DNA of 64,000 nucleotides, taken from positions 86,368,001-86,432,000 of the forward strand of contig CM052817.1 in assembly GCA_028534125.1 (NCBI GenBank), in the 5' to 3' direction. The notes beneath the pieces were generated by a model that did not search any database, was not told where the DNA came from, and was given only the letters and a program-made list of their open reading frames with translations. This stretch comes from Lama glama (Eukaryota). The first letter of the stretch is position 1, and the number at the start of each line of letters is the position of its first letter. The position numbers were made by a program, and so were the translations under genes. Shown here piece by piece: positions 51,451-63,499 of this stretch.

Positions 51451-52249
51451 GTTTTGATGCATCTTGAGTCAAATAAACTACACATTGCTATCCCATCATA
51501 TCATCCTGCCTACCTCGAGGAAACTGCCCTGAATTGGTGATGACCATCCCCTTGCAGTTTCTTTATTATAATACTGATGACCAATAAAAAATAGTGATAG
51601 CCAAATATATACATTTTCTGATAGCCAGAAAAGGATGAAATTATTTTAAAATACATTTTATTTATTTTGATATATAGTATCAGTTTAACATTTTACAATA
51701 TTAATGAAATATTCTACATTTATTTTATAAATCAGTGATCCATCTGTAATTATAAAGCATTTGATACATCTTCCCTTAACAAAAATTTTAAAACTCCACA
51801 TATTAATTCAACATCTAAAAGGTTAGTACTATTTTGTATTTTACCCATATGATCTTTGTAATAAAATAGTTCTGTCATTTAAAATATATTATTTAAATCT
51901 AATTTTTAGATTTCAAAAATATATTCTGCAGTAAGTAAGCATATTGTCCATGAAATTGTTTCTGACAATGCTATTTTTCATAATGTGAATATATATATAT
52001 ATATATATAGCTATGATTGTGCGAGTTTAAAGTTGATTTTCTGATGTATTATGTACACCATTGTAAAAATATTGTATAATTCTGTGATAATGTATTTGCC
52101 AAAATATTTATTTTAAAAGTATATATTAAAAATAAATACAAATGTTTAAGGATTTTAAGATATTTTTTGCACTTGCCATTCCAACTGTTTTCACTCTATA
52201 TACTTTTCACTAGTTCTTCGATATCAGAAACTAAACCTTTGATATGGGT

Positions 52250-52342
52250 GTTTATTTTATACTTAAAGCACATCACAGTTCAAACTTCACATATGCCAAG
52301 TGCTCAAGAGCTGTATGTGGCTGATAGATATATTAGGTAGCT
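52250..52342. mobile_element. MER3/MER33-type hAT fragment
   Basis: 'ttatacttaaagcacatcacagttc...caagtgctcaagagctgtatgtggct'. Confidence 0.6.
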
Positions 52343-53521
52343 TCCCTTTATATTTTATAAAATATATATGCATGTCTAAAAAAATGTACATACATATGTA
52401 TTTATTTTTCCTATATGTTTTTGAGCTTTGTAAATGTGGCAATAAATTTGATGGATTTAAAAAACTTTATGGGTCATAATTTATTTACAGTGTTGATACA
52501 ATGCCAGATTGAAAATATCCTATATTATTCAAATGATAAAAATCAACAAATGATAGAACATCAGTTGAATTGGTGTTTTATTGAAGTTAGACATAAGGTG
52601 TATGGATGTTCACTGGGTTCTTTGCCCCTTACCTTTCATACCCGTTACATATTCCTTCCTATAGGTGTCAGGTATTTTATAATAAAAACATAAAAATTAA
52701 GAAAAGAAGGGACAGAAAATTCCTTGTAGAAGAGCTAGTGGCACCGACAGCTGCATCTGTATTCTTGTCTCAAGAACAGCAGTGTCATAAGCAGCTTCTT
52801 TGTACTCTGCAGGTGGTGGTGGTGGCACCATGTGGTGTGTGGTATCCCAGGCTCTGCAGTGGTACTGTCGGCACCGTCAGAGGACCAGTTCTGAGGTCAG
52901 TGTGCCCATGATCACCAACCTGGTTACACAGCTATTCCAGTGGTTCTTTAAGTGATTAAATATTAATAGATTTATTTTCTTCCTATGTTTTTTTAAAAGA
53001 CTTCTAAAACTTATATGTTTACTAATGAAAACATGCAAATAATAACAAGGATTCATAAGAGAAATATATGGACCATGATTGAAATATTACATGTAAAATT
53101 TATGGAACAGAGATGAAAAACTTCAAGAGAAGATAAAATATGAAACTTAGCTAGCTCAATAAACATTCAATACATTAAAATTCTAAACAGCACTTAACAA
53201 TAAAGAGATATCTTCTTTATCTGGTATTAAGGTGAGTTCTGACAAATATCTAAAAGGATTTAACCCTTATATTATGGACATTTTTCAAGAAACAAGATAA
53301 AAAGAGGAAAAGTAATCAATTCTATATGGTTAGTGAAATCTTGCTATCAATAGTGGATAAAGAAAATACAAAGGAGATTATTGTTAAATTATACTTGTAT
53401 TTGAATGCAAATGCAACATTCCTAAGCTAATTATGTAATTACTTTCAACAGTGTGTTTTAAAACAATATGTCAGAATCAAGCAGTGGGCAAACATGGTTC
53501 AAAATCATTAATATAATTAAT

Positions 53522-53968
53522 TCAGTGAGCTACAGAGTGCCCAGGCATTTGCCCACATGTTATTCTAGGTAAGTCTATGAAGGTGTTTCTCAATGAGACT
53601 AACATTTGAATCAGTAGACTGAGTAAAGCAGACTGCCCCTCCCTAATTCAATCAGCTGAAAGCCTGAATAGACAAAAAGGCAAACCTTCTCAGGAATGGG
53701 AGGGAATTTCCTGCTGCTGATGGCCTTCAAGCTGAGCCACGGGTTCTTTCTTTCTCTTGGACTCAAACTGAAAGACTGGTTCTTCCCGAGTCTCAAGGTT
53801 ACCAGCCTTTATGTTGAAGCCTGGGTCTCTAGCTTGCTGATTGTGGATCTTGGGATTTTTCAGCCTCCATAATTGCATGAACCACTTCCTTATAATAAAT
53901 ATTTTTCTCCCTCTCTCTATATTTCCATTCTGTTGGTTCTGTTTCTCTGGACAACGCTGACTAATACA
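53522..53968 (+). mobile_element. ERVL LTR MLT2 (MLT2D-like)
   Basis: 'aacatttgaatcagtagactgagtaaagcagactgccc'; ends 'ttggttctgtttctctggacaacgctgactaataca'. Confidence 0.9.
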
Positions 53969-54069
53969 GCCATGACTAATATGACCAATATGACTAATTA
54001 GCCATATTAATTTAATATTATATTACATATTTGCCATTTCTTATTCTTTATAGATAACAAGTCATTGTT

Positions 54070-54197
54070 TTCTTTTTCTCCTTCCCTGAATCTCTCTCCT
54101 GACTTCCTAACCTTTATCTCTGTGACCGCCTCTCAAACAATCTGTAACTAGGACTTTATTGTAAGTTCTGCTTTCGAGGAAATTCAAACTTAAGAGA
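54070..54197 (+). mobile_element. 3' end of an LTR16-family LTR (5' LTR remnant of the ERVL copy)
   Basis: Ends 'ttctgctttcgaggaaattcaaacttaagaga' and is followed directly by a degenerate PBS-like 'attgttatcaggaatgg'. Confidence 0.6.
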
Positions 54198-54399
54198 ATT
54201 GTTATCAGGAATGGTTGCAGGAAGCAGATTTCTGGGATGAAAGTCTGGAAGAGAATCTATCCATGGCTGGATAGCAAGAAAGGGCGCCATGTCAATTGAA
54301 TGATATTGTAGCATCTCAGCAACTAAGGACTTCACCTGTGGTGAGTTAGAACCAAGTACAGGCAAAAGGGAAAACCCTGGGCTACGTAGAAGTTGTATC

Positions 54400-54580
54400 A
54401 CTGTATTTCTTGAGGTGTGGACCAAGCCTGAACTTGGAAATTTGTTCAAAATGATATTCCTTAGATCCATTCCAGACCTACTGAATAAGAAATTTGGAGT
54501 TTTAGGGACTAGCAACTTGTATTTTGATAAGTTCTCCAGAGGATACTGATGCTCAACTAATGTTTGAGAATCAGTGCTCT
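54400..54580. mobile_element. MER5A inserted in ERVL
   Basis: 'ttccagacctactgaataagaaa...tgtattttgataagttctccagaggatactgatgc...gtttgagaatcagtg'. Confidence 0.85.
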
Positions 54581-54905
54581 AACATTTGGGAGAAATAATG
54601 ATCATAAGGATTATAGAGTCAGTGGCATTTTTTAAAATGCTTTTTAAGCCTGGAAAAAGAAAATAACAGCTTTAGGTTAGCTAACTCTTGACTCTGGGCA
54701 TTTCATGAAAGCAGAAGTGATATATGGCTGCTTTTTGTGTCAAAGTCAGTGTCCTGATTGGTAATGAGTGAGTCTCTGAGACCCACGATGAGGACATTTG
54801 AATAGATGCATATGAGAACCTTAAACACCAGATTGTCCTAAAACCTCTCTCTGGGCCAGCATATGCAGCCTGTCTCCATAGGGGAGAGATGTCTTTGGCT
54901 ATTAT

Positions 54906-54972
54906 GGAAGGAAGGAAGGAAGAAAGGAAGGAAGGAAGGAAAGAAAGAGAGAGAGAGAGAGAGAAAGAAGGA

Positions 54973-55035
<63 letters not shown>

Positions 55036-55268
55036 GGAGAGAGAAAGAGAGAGAGGGAGAGAGGGAGAGAGAAAGAGAGAGGGAGGGAGGAAGGAAGGAA
55101 GGAAGGAAGGAAGAAAGAAAGGAAGAAAAAGCGAAAGGAAGGAAGGAAGAGAGAGAGAGAAAGGAAAGAAGGAAGAAAAGAAAAGGAAAGGAAAGAAGGA
55201 AGGAAAGAGGAAAGAAGGGAGAGAGGAAAGGAGGGAGGGAGGAAACAAGGGAGGGAGGAAAGGAAAAA
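54906..55268. repeat. Compound polypurine microsatellite (GGAA)n/(GA)n/(GAAA)n
   Basis: About 360 bp that is almost entirely purine on the plus strand. Confidence 0.97.
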
Positions 55269-57377
55269 CCAAACAAACAAATTAAAAACCTCATCTATGT
55301 GGGCACTACTTTACAACGTGTTGATGATTATACTCCTCTTCCCCTAATTGCCTCCCTATCACTAACAAAGGTGAGGTCACAGAATATTCTGAGTTGGGTA
55401 ATACAGTTATTGCTCCAGGAAGAAAGAACTTACCAATTACATTAATTGTAGTACCTGAGTAATAACACATATGGGAGTGAATCTTGAGGGTATTGGGCCA
55501 GGAAGTAGAATACAAGGCAAGATAAAGAAGAGCTTGTTGAGATAGCAGCGTAGCATGGGATTTAAGATCTTGGCAAGAATAGCATTAGATGGTCATAATA
55601 CGCTGGTGGGATGATTCTTTGAAGTTTTGTATGTCAATGGCCAAAAATTATGAAGTAGAGATGCCCAAACCCAGACTGTCCTGTAGAGTGTGAGAGAGAT
55701 ATCAGGATGCACAGGGATGTGGTGTGGTCAAAAAAACTTTATTACATAAAACCAGGGCATATCCAAATGGATAATATTCCCCTCAAAGGGCTAAGGAGAC
55801 TTTCACTTTATTATTGCAAAAAAGAATACACTAGTGTGGGTGTACCAACATCTTTGAGTAGCTAAGTCGAGTAGCTAAGTCAACATTCACGTCGACAGCC
55901 ATGAAACTGAGAAGATTCTTGAATAACAAAGGCCAGATAATGACAATTAAACATCACATACAAGGTAGAAATAATTATTTTATTGAACCACAAGAGCTAA
56001 GCGGAAGCCAGGGTCCTTATGTCTAGAGGATATGTGGTGATGGGCCACAGTGTCCCAAGAGTAAGAAAAGTAACAGGTGACCTGATTGTTGCTTAAATTT
56101 TAGAACAGGAGGATCAAGTCAAAACCCGGTGAAAAAATCATGTCAACTGTCAAAATGGAAAATCATGCTTCCTCACCCAGTTTCTGGCTCTGAGCAGTTC
56201 TTAAGCCCAAAGTCCATAGACTGGAATGGAGGCAAGGTTTCTTTGTGAATGACCCTGAAACATCACTACAAATAAGGACAATAAATATCTCCCCAATTTT
56301 TCCAAAATGGTTTATACTCATTTATCAGAGTAATTTACATGGTTGGAGGCAGGGAGGAGAAACACTTACACCTACAGGCAAAAGCTTGTAGGGCAAAAGC
56401 CCCGAGGTGACACTGATGCCTGCGGATAAGTAATGGACTTTGCTGGCAGGAAGTAGGTGGAAACTAGATGATAAATGTAGTCTTAGCATGTGAACCTCAG
56501 CGTTTCAGTAAATAAGATGACCACAAGCTCTCACTCTCTTTCATTCCCCTTATTCTAAAGTCACAACTTACGGGAGATACGTTTAATAATTGACAGAGCT
56601 CTCACTTGGGTCCACTGACCTTTAATTTAAGGGCCATTAGTGAAAGAAAGGGTGTAATTGGAAACTAAACCCCCCAAACTCTCCACCTTTGAAAAATTAA
56701 GAATATATGAATAGTGATTCTTGTCCAATCCACATTTATTTCCAATTTCCACCCCAGCCCAAAGTGGCAAACGATGCCAGAAAACTTAACCAAATAGTGG
56801 TCCCAATTATAACTCAACCAAGCAGTAGTCCCCCATCACAGCTTTTACAGTATCTGTACTGGGGGAAAATACAGCTTTTGGAAATTTTTATAGGTTATTG
56901 ATCTAGACAGTGCATTAGTTTCAATCTCCATTAGTAAAGAAGATAAAAATCCATTCTTATGCACATAAGAACAGCAATTTACATATATTTTGCACCAGAA
57001 TTATGTTAACTGTCTTGCTCTGTCACAAGAGAGTTCAAAAGGACCTTGATCATTTTGACATTCCACATAACTCACACTGGTCCACTGTATTCATGCCTGA
57101 CATCATGCTAATTGTACCTAAAGAACAGGAGGTTAAAAGTACACTAGATGCCCTAATGAGAAACATGCATGCTAGGAAGAGAAAGAAACCTTTCAAAGAT
57201 TCGGCTTTCTCACATGGGGATTTTCAAGAGTTCAGTGATTTGGACCATGACAAGAAGTCGTATTAAGGTAAAGGAGAAGGTGCGGAACATGGCATCTTCT
57301 ACCTCTATGAATAAAGCAGAGGTTATGGTGCATCTCTTTGGAGTCTGAAGACAGCTTGTACTCTCTTAGAAGGCTAC

Positions 57378-58083
57378 TGTAATAGATAAGTACATGTGTC
57401 AACTTGGCTGGGTCATGGGGTGCTCAGACATTTAGTCAAACATTATTTCTCGGGTGTGTGTGAGGGTGTTTCCGAGTGAGATTATTTGAATTGGTAGACT
57501 GAATAAAGCAGATGCCCTTTCCAAAATAGGTGGGCATCTTCCAATCCACTGACAGTCTGATTATAATAAAAAGGCACAAGGAGGGAAACTTCAGTCTTTG
57601 TCTGACTGCTTGAGCTATAAAATTACTCTTGTCTTGCCCTCGAACTGGGACTTGCAGCATTAATGTTCCTGGTTCTTAGGCCTTCAGACTTGGGCTGGAA
57701 CAACACCGCTGGCTTTCCTGAGTCTCTGCCTTGCAGATGGCAGACTGTGGGATTCCCCAGCCTTCAAACTCATGTGAGCCAATTCTTTATAATTTCTATA
57801 TAAGATAACATGTTACCTGATCTTTTCTAACCAGAAGTTGTTGTTACTTGCCTTGAATTGGAAGAGGGTTGCAATTTACACCTGTAAATTTATTCATTTT
57901 TAAATTTATGTAATTTGTACACAATTCCAAGGTCTTTAAGAGATGACAACAAATTTTAGTTTTCTACCGTCATGTGAGAATCATGTCATTATGTGAGGAA
58001 AATGAAGTGCTGCAGTAAAAAAATCTCATAAATCTCTCTTTCACTCTTTCTCTCTCTCTTTCAGAAAGTGTTGGTTCTGTTTC
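57378..58083 (+). mobile_element. MLT2 LTR inserted in ERVL pol, itself interrupted by a retrocopy
   Basis: 'atgtgtcaacttggctggg...gtcaaacattatt...ggtagactgaataaagcagatgccc...catgtgagccaattc'. Resumes after 58023 with 'ataaatctctct...ttggttctgtttc'. Confidence 0.88.
57812..58023 (+). pseudogene. ACTG1: Processed retrocopy fragment of the gamma-actin mRNA 3' UTR end
   Basis: Colinear with the mammalian ACTG1 distal 3' UTR as I recall it: 'gttacttgccttgaattggaag', 'tttacacctgtaaatttattcatt', 'aagagatgacaacaaatttt(a/g)gttttctac', 'atgtgagaa', 'gtcattatgtgaggaaaa..aagtgctgcagtaa', followed by an A-run. Confidence 0.85.
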
Positions 58084-59559
58084 GTAACAAATTTAGGTTG
58101 TGGTGCAAACTGCCATATCCCTTGGGCTCTACGATGCGTCAGATGCAATAGGGCTTGAGTCAGGTGTCTTAGAGAGGCAATGTTTATCTTAAATATCTAC
58201 CTCAGTTCTCCAAATCCGTATTATTTTATTTTAGTGGAGATTAACTTATACTGTGATATGGCACCATATGCCTTAATATGAATGATAATGATTAATAATG
58301 TGAAACTTGAACTTTTAACATTTGCCTCACAAATGCTCTTTGTTACCCATGTAGCACAATCCATCAGTAACTTTGTTGACTCATTATCAGAAAAGAGAGT
58401 GCTTCTTCAACAATGGGTTATGTGACTTTCATAGAGAAATCCGAGGTATCTCAAAGGTGGCATTTCTCTGATTTTATACAATTTCCTGACAATTTTTTAT
58501 GTGAATGTTATTTGATTTGTGGGGGTTTGCAAGATAAGGAAGTCATATTATTTACTTTTAGGTACATTTATATATTTTGACCCAAAAATTTGCCCATGAT
58601 ACTACCAAAGTAAGCATAAAGGATAATAGATTGGCAAAAACTTATATAATGTATATATAAATTAACAAATATATATTTCAAAGCTATAAGGTAGTTATTA
58701 TTAAATCATTTTATATGTGAAGAAAGTGGGACTATAATTTAAAACTAAGTATTCTGCCTCCAGAATTATGCCTGCAATCATTCAGCTATGTTACTTCTGT
58801 TTATATATTATTATTATTGCATTTTGATATATAAGAAATACACATTTCACATATATGCATATGTGCATGGGAACAATTCTATAAGAATATACACTAAATT
58901 GTGAGCAAATAATGTTTCTGAAAAATGGGATCCAAATTGTTGTGATATTATTTAAATAATAATTCCTAGGACTATATTTCATTATATCAAATATAATATT
59001 CATTATATTACATTTCATTATAATAAAATCACACAAAAAATTACATTAAAAAGTGAAAGAAGGATTTTTAAATCAGCAAATGTAAAAAAACAGTGCAATC
59101 AATAATTCAAGAGAAAACAAAAGTTATATAAAGGTGTTGTAACAAACATAGAACATTAAGTATATTAGTTGTAAATATGTACATCCTTATAATGATGCAC
59201 ATAGTGCTTAGTGATGTTTTAAAAAATAAATCTATAGCTAGATTGGATCTGGGGGTGGGAGAAGTGAATCTAGGGGTGTGTGGATATGTGTGCACTTTGT
59301 GTGTTTGGGGCAGGAGGGCTGGGCAGAGACTTGGAAGAGCGTTAGATGTTTATGTTCCATAATTATTAGTAAAGAGAAAAGTCTCATGTGAAAATGTCAA
59401 GAAGTAGAAAAATAACCTTAGTAAACCTCCCCCAAAACCCCTGGGGTTTTAAAGTCTAAAGTTTCTTGGGAGCTACAGTCTGCATACTGAGAATGCAGTC
59501 TAGTAATAGCGATAGTGCTTTTCGCCTGTAAAGTGTGTATCAGACACACACTTATCACT

Positions 59560-61070
59560 GTATGCAGCAGGCCAGAATACCATGGCGGGCCCCGGTTAGC
59601 GAGGGGGCATATGAGGCAAACGGATATTTGAGCGTATCAGCCCTGTGGGTTGGGCTCACAGTGGGGCTGCTGGGCCTGCAAAGCCGTCAGGTAGCTATTT
59701 CTCCACTCCCCAGATAGATACTAATGGAAATAGACACTCTAGGTAATTGGAAGAATCTTCTGTTTGTGCCTGGCCTTGCAAGGTAAGAGCTATCATAGTG
59801 AAACCCAAGTGCAAGCTTCTAAAACTATCACCTTCTGTGGGGAAAGATATTTTCATATTTCTGCATTGTCAGGAGTTTTGGAGCAAAGAAAATTGACATG
59901 CTGTAAAGACAGAGAATGTGCCATTTCCTCCAGAACTATTTGCTCTTCACATTCTCAGGGTGTTATAGCTATAGTTGTGTTATTGCATTTTAAAGGTAAT
60001 AAACCCCTGAAGCATTTGCTGATATTCCAGAACGCTGTAAAAACAGCATTCTTTTCTAAGAGAGGATTTGCTTACATTTTGAGGAAGGTTTATCTCCCTC
60101 TTTCAGGGGTGGAGGCTTGGGGAGTGCAGTGGGGGTGGTGTCAAGAAGTTCCTGTGTAAACTCCCAGACACATAATTTCAGGGCTCTTCTCCTGTAAATG
60201 TGCAGGTGACATCTGCCCAAGGAGGATTAGGGTCCAGGATATCAGTGCTGTTATTGCCGTAATAAGTACTGATTGCTAATATAGAAACCTCATGTTTGCT
60301 TTCAGGACAAAATTAATAAATATGGATATTAAAAAACATACTTTCCCCCAGTCAATAAAATAAATTCAAACAATACTGAATCCCATGGGAAATGGCAGAA
60401 ATTAGTACAACTCTTAAAGATCTAAAGGATCCAAGGATTCATCATATCTCCATTTGAACCATCTGGCTCAGTAAAAAAGCAGATGGAACCTAAGGACAGA
60501 CAGCGGATAACTGCAGACTCAACCAGGTAATAACTCAATTGTAGCTTCTCTGCCAGATGTGATGTCTTTGCTGGAGAAAATTAACATGGCCTCTGGTACA
60601 TGGTATGCAGCCAGTGATCTGGCAAATTGGTTATTTTCCATTTCTTTCAGAACAGAGGAGCTGAAACAGTTTGTATTTACTTGGAACAGACCTCAGTATT
60701 CATTTACTATCTTGCCCAGGGCTATGTTGTTTCTTCTACCTTCTGTCTTGATATCATCCAAAAAGACCAGGACCAGCTGGACATGCTACCAATATTATAT
60801 TTTTTGACTGATAAATGAAAGTCTGAATCCTACCACCAGTGAAGCCACTCATGCCAGCAGAATTGCTACTTGATTTCGTCAGGATTGGATGACAGGGAGG
60901 GAGATAATGAGAGATGATGCATAGCAGTTACGGTCCAGAGTCCAGTTGCAGTAGCAGGGGATACAATTGTCCCACTAGCCTTCCTATTTTATGTTGCCTT
61001 CCAGAGATAAGCACACCAAAACCCTGGAATTCATATAAGGTCTACTCCCAGTGTAGCAGAAAGTATAAGC
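59560..61070 (+). mobile_element. Second ERVL internal segment (protease, RT, then 3' end of the internal region)
   Basis: Protease-region RAPVSEGAY...LTVGLLGLQSRQVAISPLP; RT VMSLLEKINMASGTWYAASDLANWLFSI...KQFVFTWNRPQYSFTILP (60559-60720). Abuts the LTR16C. Confidence 0.88.
59836..60338 (+). mobile_element. Probable ERVL-class LTR (MER76-like) inserted in pol
   Basis: About 500 bp non-pol block starting 'tgtggggaaagatattttcatatttctgcattgtc' and ending '...aaaaaaca'. pol similarity stops before it and resumes after it. Confidence 0.5.
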
Positions 61071-61980
61071 TGTGGTGGATTGTGTGATGTGTTACCCAGA
61101 CTCCGCTTCAGAAATAAAATACTCAACCTTCATCCCCCCATCAATTCCTTGGAGCACTCCCAACAGATGTTCCTAGCTGTCAGATCTTTTCTGCATTTGC
61201 CTCACCTAAAGAAAAAACTTTTGCTTACAGTTATAATGTTGCCTTTCTGAGCCAGCCCACAAACAATACCACTTTAGATGTGAGTATATGAAGGGCTAGC
61301 CCTCTCGCTCCAGTTTAGGACTACTCTTGAGTGCCTTCCCAACAAGGCAGATGAAGGAATCTTTCCAGACCAATTATGTTCACAAAATGGAACATGCGTC
61401 AAAGATTTGGTGCATCTAGCCCCAAACTGAATAGGCTTTCTAACAACACTCTTTTCACCTTTCTTACTATGCTTCCTAGAGACATTTTCAAGTTAGGTGA
61501 AGTTGGTGTTCTAAGGGTGAGTCCTTTGAGGATATGCAGATAGGCCTGTTTCCCAAACACAAAAATATGTGTTTCCAACAAGGCAGACGAAGGAAGTTTT
61601 GCAAACACATTAGTATCCCAGAATGGAACATATGTAGATTTGATGCATCAACCTGAAGTTGAAAAGACTTTCTAACAAACCTCTTTTCAAATTTCTTATT
61701 ATGCTTCCTACAGACAGTTTCAAGTGATGTGAAGTTGGTGTTCTAAAGGCAAGTTAGAGGGAAGTGCCTTCAAAATATGAAGATAGGCTTGTTTCAAGAG
61801 CCACCTTGAAACAGGCTGAGGTTTCTGTTAAGACTACATCAGAACCTAACTTCCCCCATGACCCAATCCTGATTCTTTCCCCTCCTCTTCAGAAATTCTT
61901 GCTAAGAATTATTCTTTGTAAATTTCTGTATGTTCTTCTCCATCTCAGAGTTTGCTACCTGGGGAACCCAATCTGCAACA
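61071..61980 (+). mobile_element. LTR16C-like 3' LTR interrupted by a ~460-bp insert
   Basis: Starts 'tgtggtggattgtgtgatgtgttacccagactccgcttcag' and ends 'ctccatctcagagtttgctacctggggaacccaatctgcaaca'. Confidence 0.85.
61336..61795. repeat. Diverged tandem dimer of a ~235-245-bp unit (satellite-like)
   Basis: Repeated anchors: aacaaggcaga at 61341/61577, agttggtgttctaa at 61501/61733, gataggc at 61539/61782. Confidence 0.9.
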
Positions 61981-63499
61981 ATACGTAAGGGATTGCTTAG
62001 TATCTTGAAATCCTTAGCAAAATGAGATTATATTATGTGTGTTTTCATAATTAATAGCATTACCACATATTGGAAATGGCAGTGCAGCTCTTAATAGATT
62101 CCTTTCCATACAAAATATAGTTCAGCATGAATTTTTAACATTCTCTTGCGTGAAACACTCTGATGATATGTAATACCAGCCAAATGAGCAAGTATTGTAA
62201 TTCCATGTAACCTGTCATCATAACCAACAATGTGTCAAGCCCAAGATATTTAACAAGACAGTTCAGTAAAATTATTCATTGTTTTGGTAGCAATACAATT
62301 CTTTTGTTTTACTTCATATTATATGAGTTTTATGGCTTTTGAAAACAAAAGTAACAGTAAACATTCTATTAAAATTGTCTGTTTGATAGGGCTTGATATA
62401 AAACATTTTTTTTTAAATTTAACTGTTGTTATTAAATTTTTTGTCAGTTGAAGAGAGAAAGCTTGGCATTTCCCCCTGAGACATTTTCTCGGTTCTAAAA
62501 AAAAAAAGTAAAAAAAAAAATCCCCAGTGGATACTTAACACAATGTACAGTGTCAGATGTATAGCAATAAATACAAATAATTTCCTTAAATTTAACCTTA
62601 CAACTCATAGAAGTATACTGTATACTTCTGAAAAAATGCTTTTCTTTTATAGTGCTATGAACTAGGCCATAATAATTTTAAGCAAAAATAGCATTTCTCA
62701 TCCTGAATAATTTTGTATTAATATAATATTTACAAAGCATATTTTTATATAAAACAATTATAATGATCATTTAAAAACTTTTATATATATTTGGTTGGAC
62801 TTTATTTTGAATTTACATTTACTTTTATAAAAAAGGCACTATATTTCCAGACAGGTAAGTTCACTGGTGTCATCACTTCTAAATTATTTTCTGTGTATTT
62901 GGATTCTGAAAGGTAATATACGTTCAGGTTATGTGTGTGAGCAAACTGAAGGAATTACTTGATATTTTAGACAATAGAACCTAGATTGTAAATACTAGTG
63001 TTTGATAATTATTGCATTTGAATATAATGTTGTTTCATAACCTTGCAGATATATGCTGTAGGGATCTTTCTCAAAACAGGCTATAAGGTAAACTTCTTTG
63101 ATATCTCTAATTAAGCAGCAGTTTTCTCCTTCACTTCAAAACACCCAGTAAGATAAAATTAAAGGAATCAAAAAGGCATTAACCCTGAAAGGCAGAGAAT
63201 GGGAGAGCAGATAACAGAAGACTATTAAGGTGTTAAAAAAAAAAGAAACAAAAAAACCTTAGAATATTAAAAGCAGGTTGCAGCAGATGCTGTTGGTGGC
63301 CCATGAGATAGCCTTTCAGCCCACATCTAATTTCAGTGTCGACTATGGTGGTCAGTGCTTTGAGAGATCAGATTCAATTCATGGTACTGACTTTCCATAT
63401 CAGGTTTGCACCATGAATTCTACTTTTGGATTTAGAGCCAACTCTAGTGCAGTATAAGTCTAACCCATTGACAAAGATCTGCTCATTATTTTCACAATA

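Larger units (their letters stand above)
54198..58170 (+). mobile_element. ERVL internal region (ERV3-16A3/HERV16-like): decayed gag, protease and RT, with nested inserts
   Basis: gag-like HIWE*ILRVLGQ at ~55466-55503. RT-like RKLNQIVVPI (~56780) and LCHKRVQKDLDHFDIP...DIMLIVPKEQEVKSTLDALMRNMHAR (57018-57180). pol resumes after the MLT2 as VVQTAISLGLYDASDAIGLE (~58100-58160). Confidence 0.85.

Noticed and set aside
52590..52985. GC-richer block with a 101-aa ORF
   Set aside because: Looks like a decayed old LTR, but I could not assign a family; the ORF has no recognisable homology.
54681..55347. Six overlapping ORFs of 130-199 aa (K/E/R/G-rich or F/L/S/P-rich)
   Set aside because: They are translations of the polypurine microsatellite, which lacks stop codons.
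57003..60818. ERVL pol ORFs as a domesticated retroviral gene
   Set aside because: Short, frameshifted and split by insertions; the catalytic YxDD region is degenerate (FMPD).
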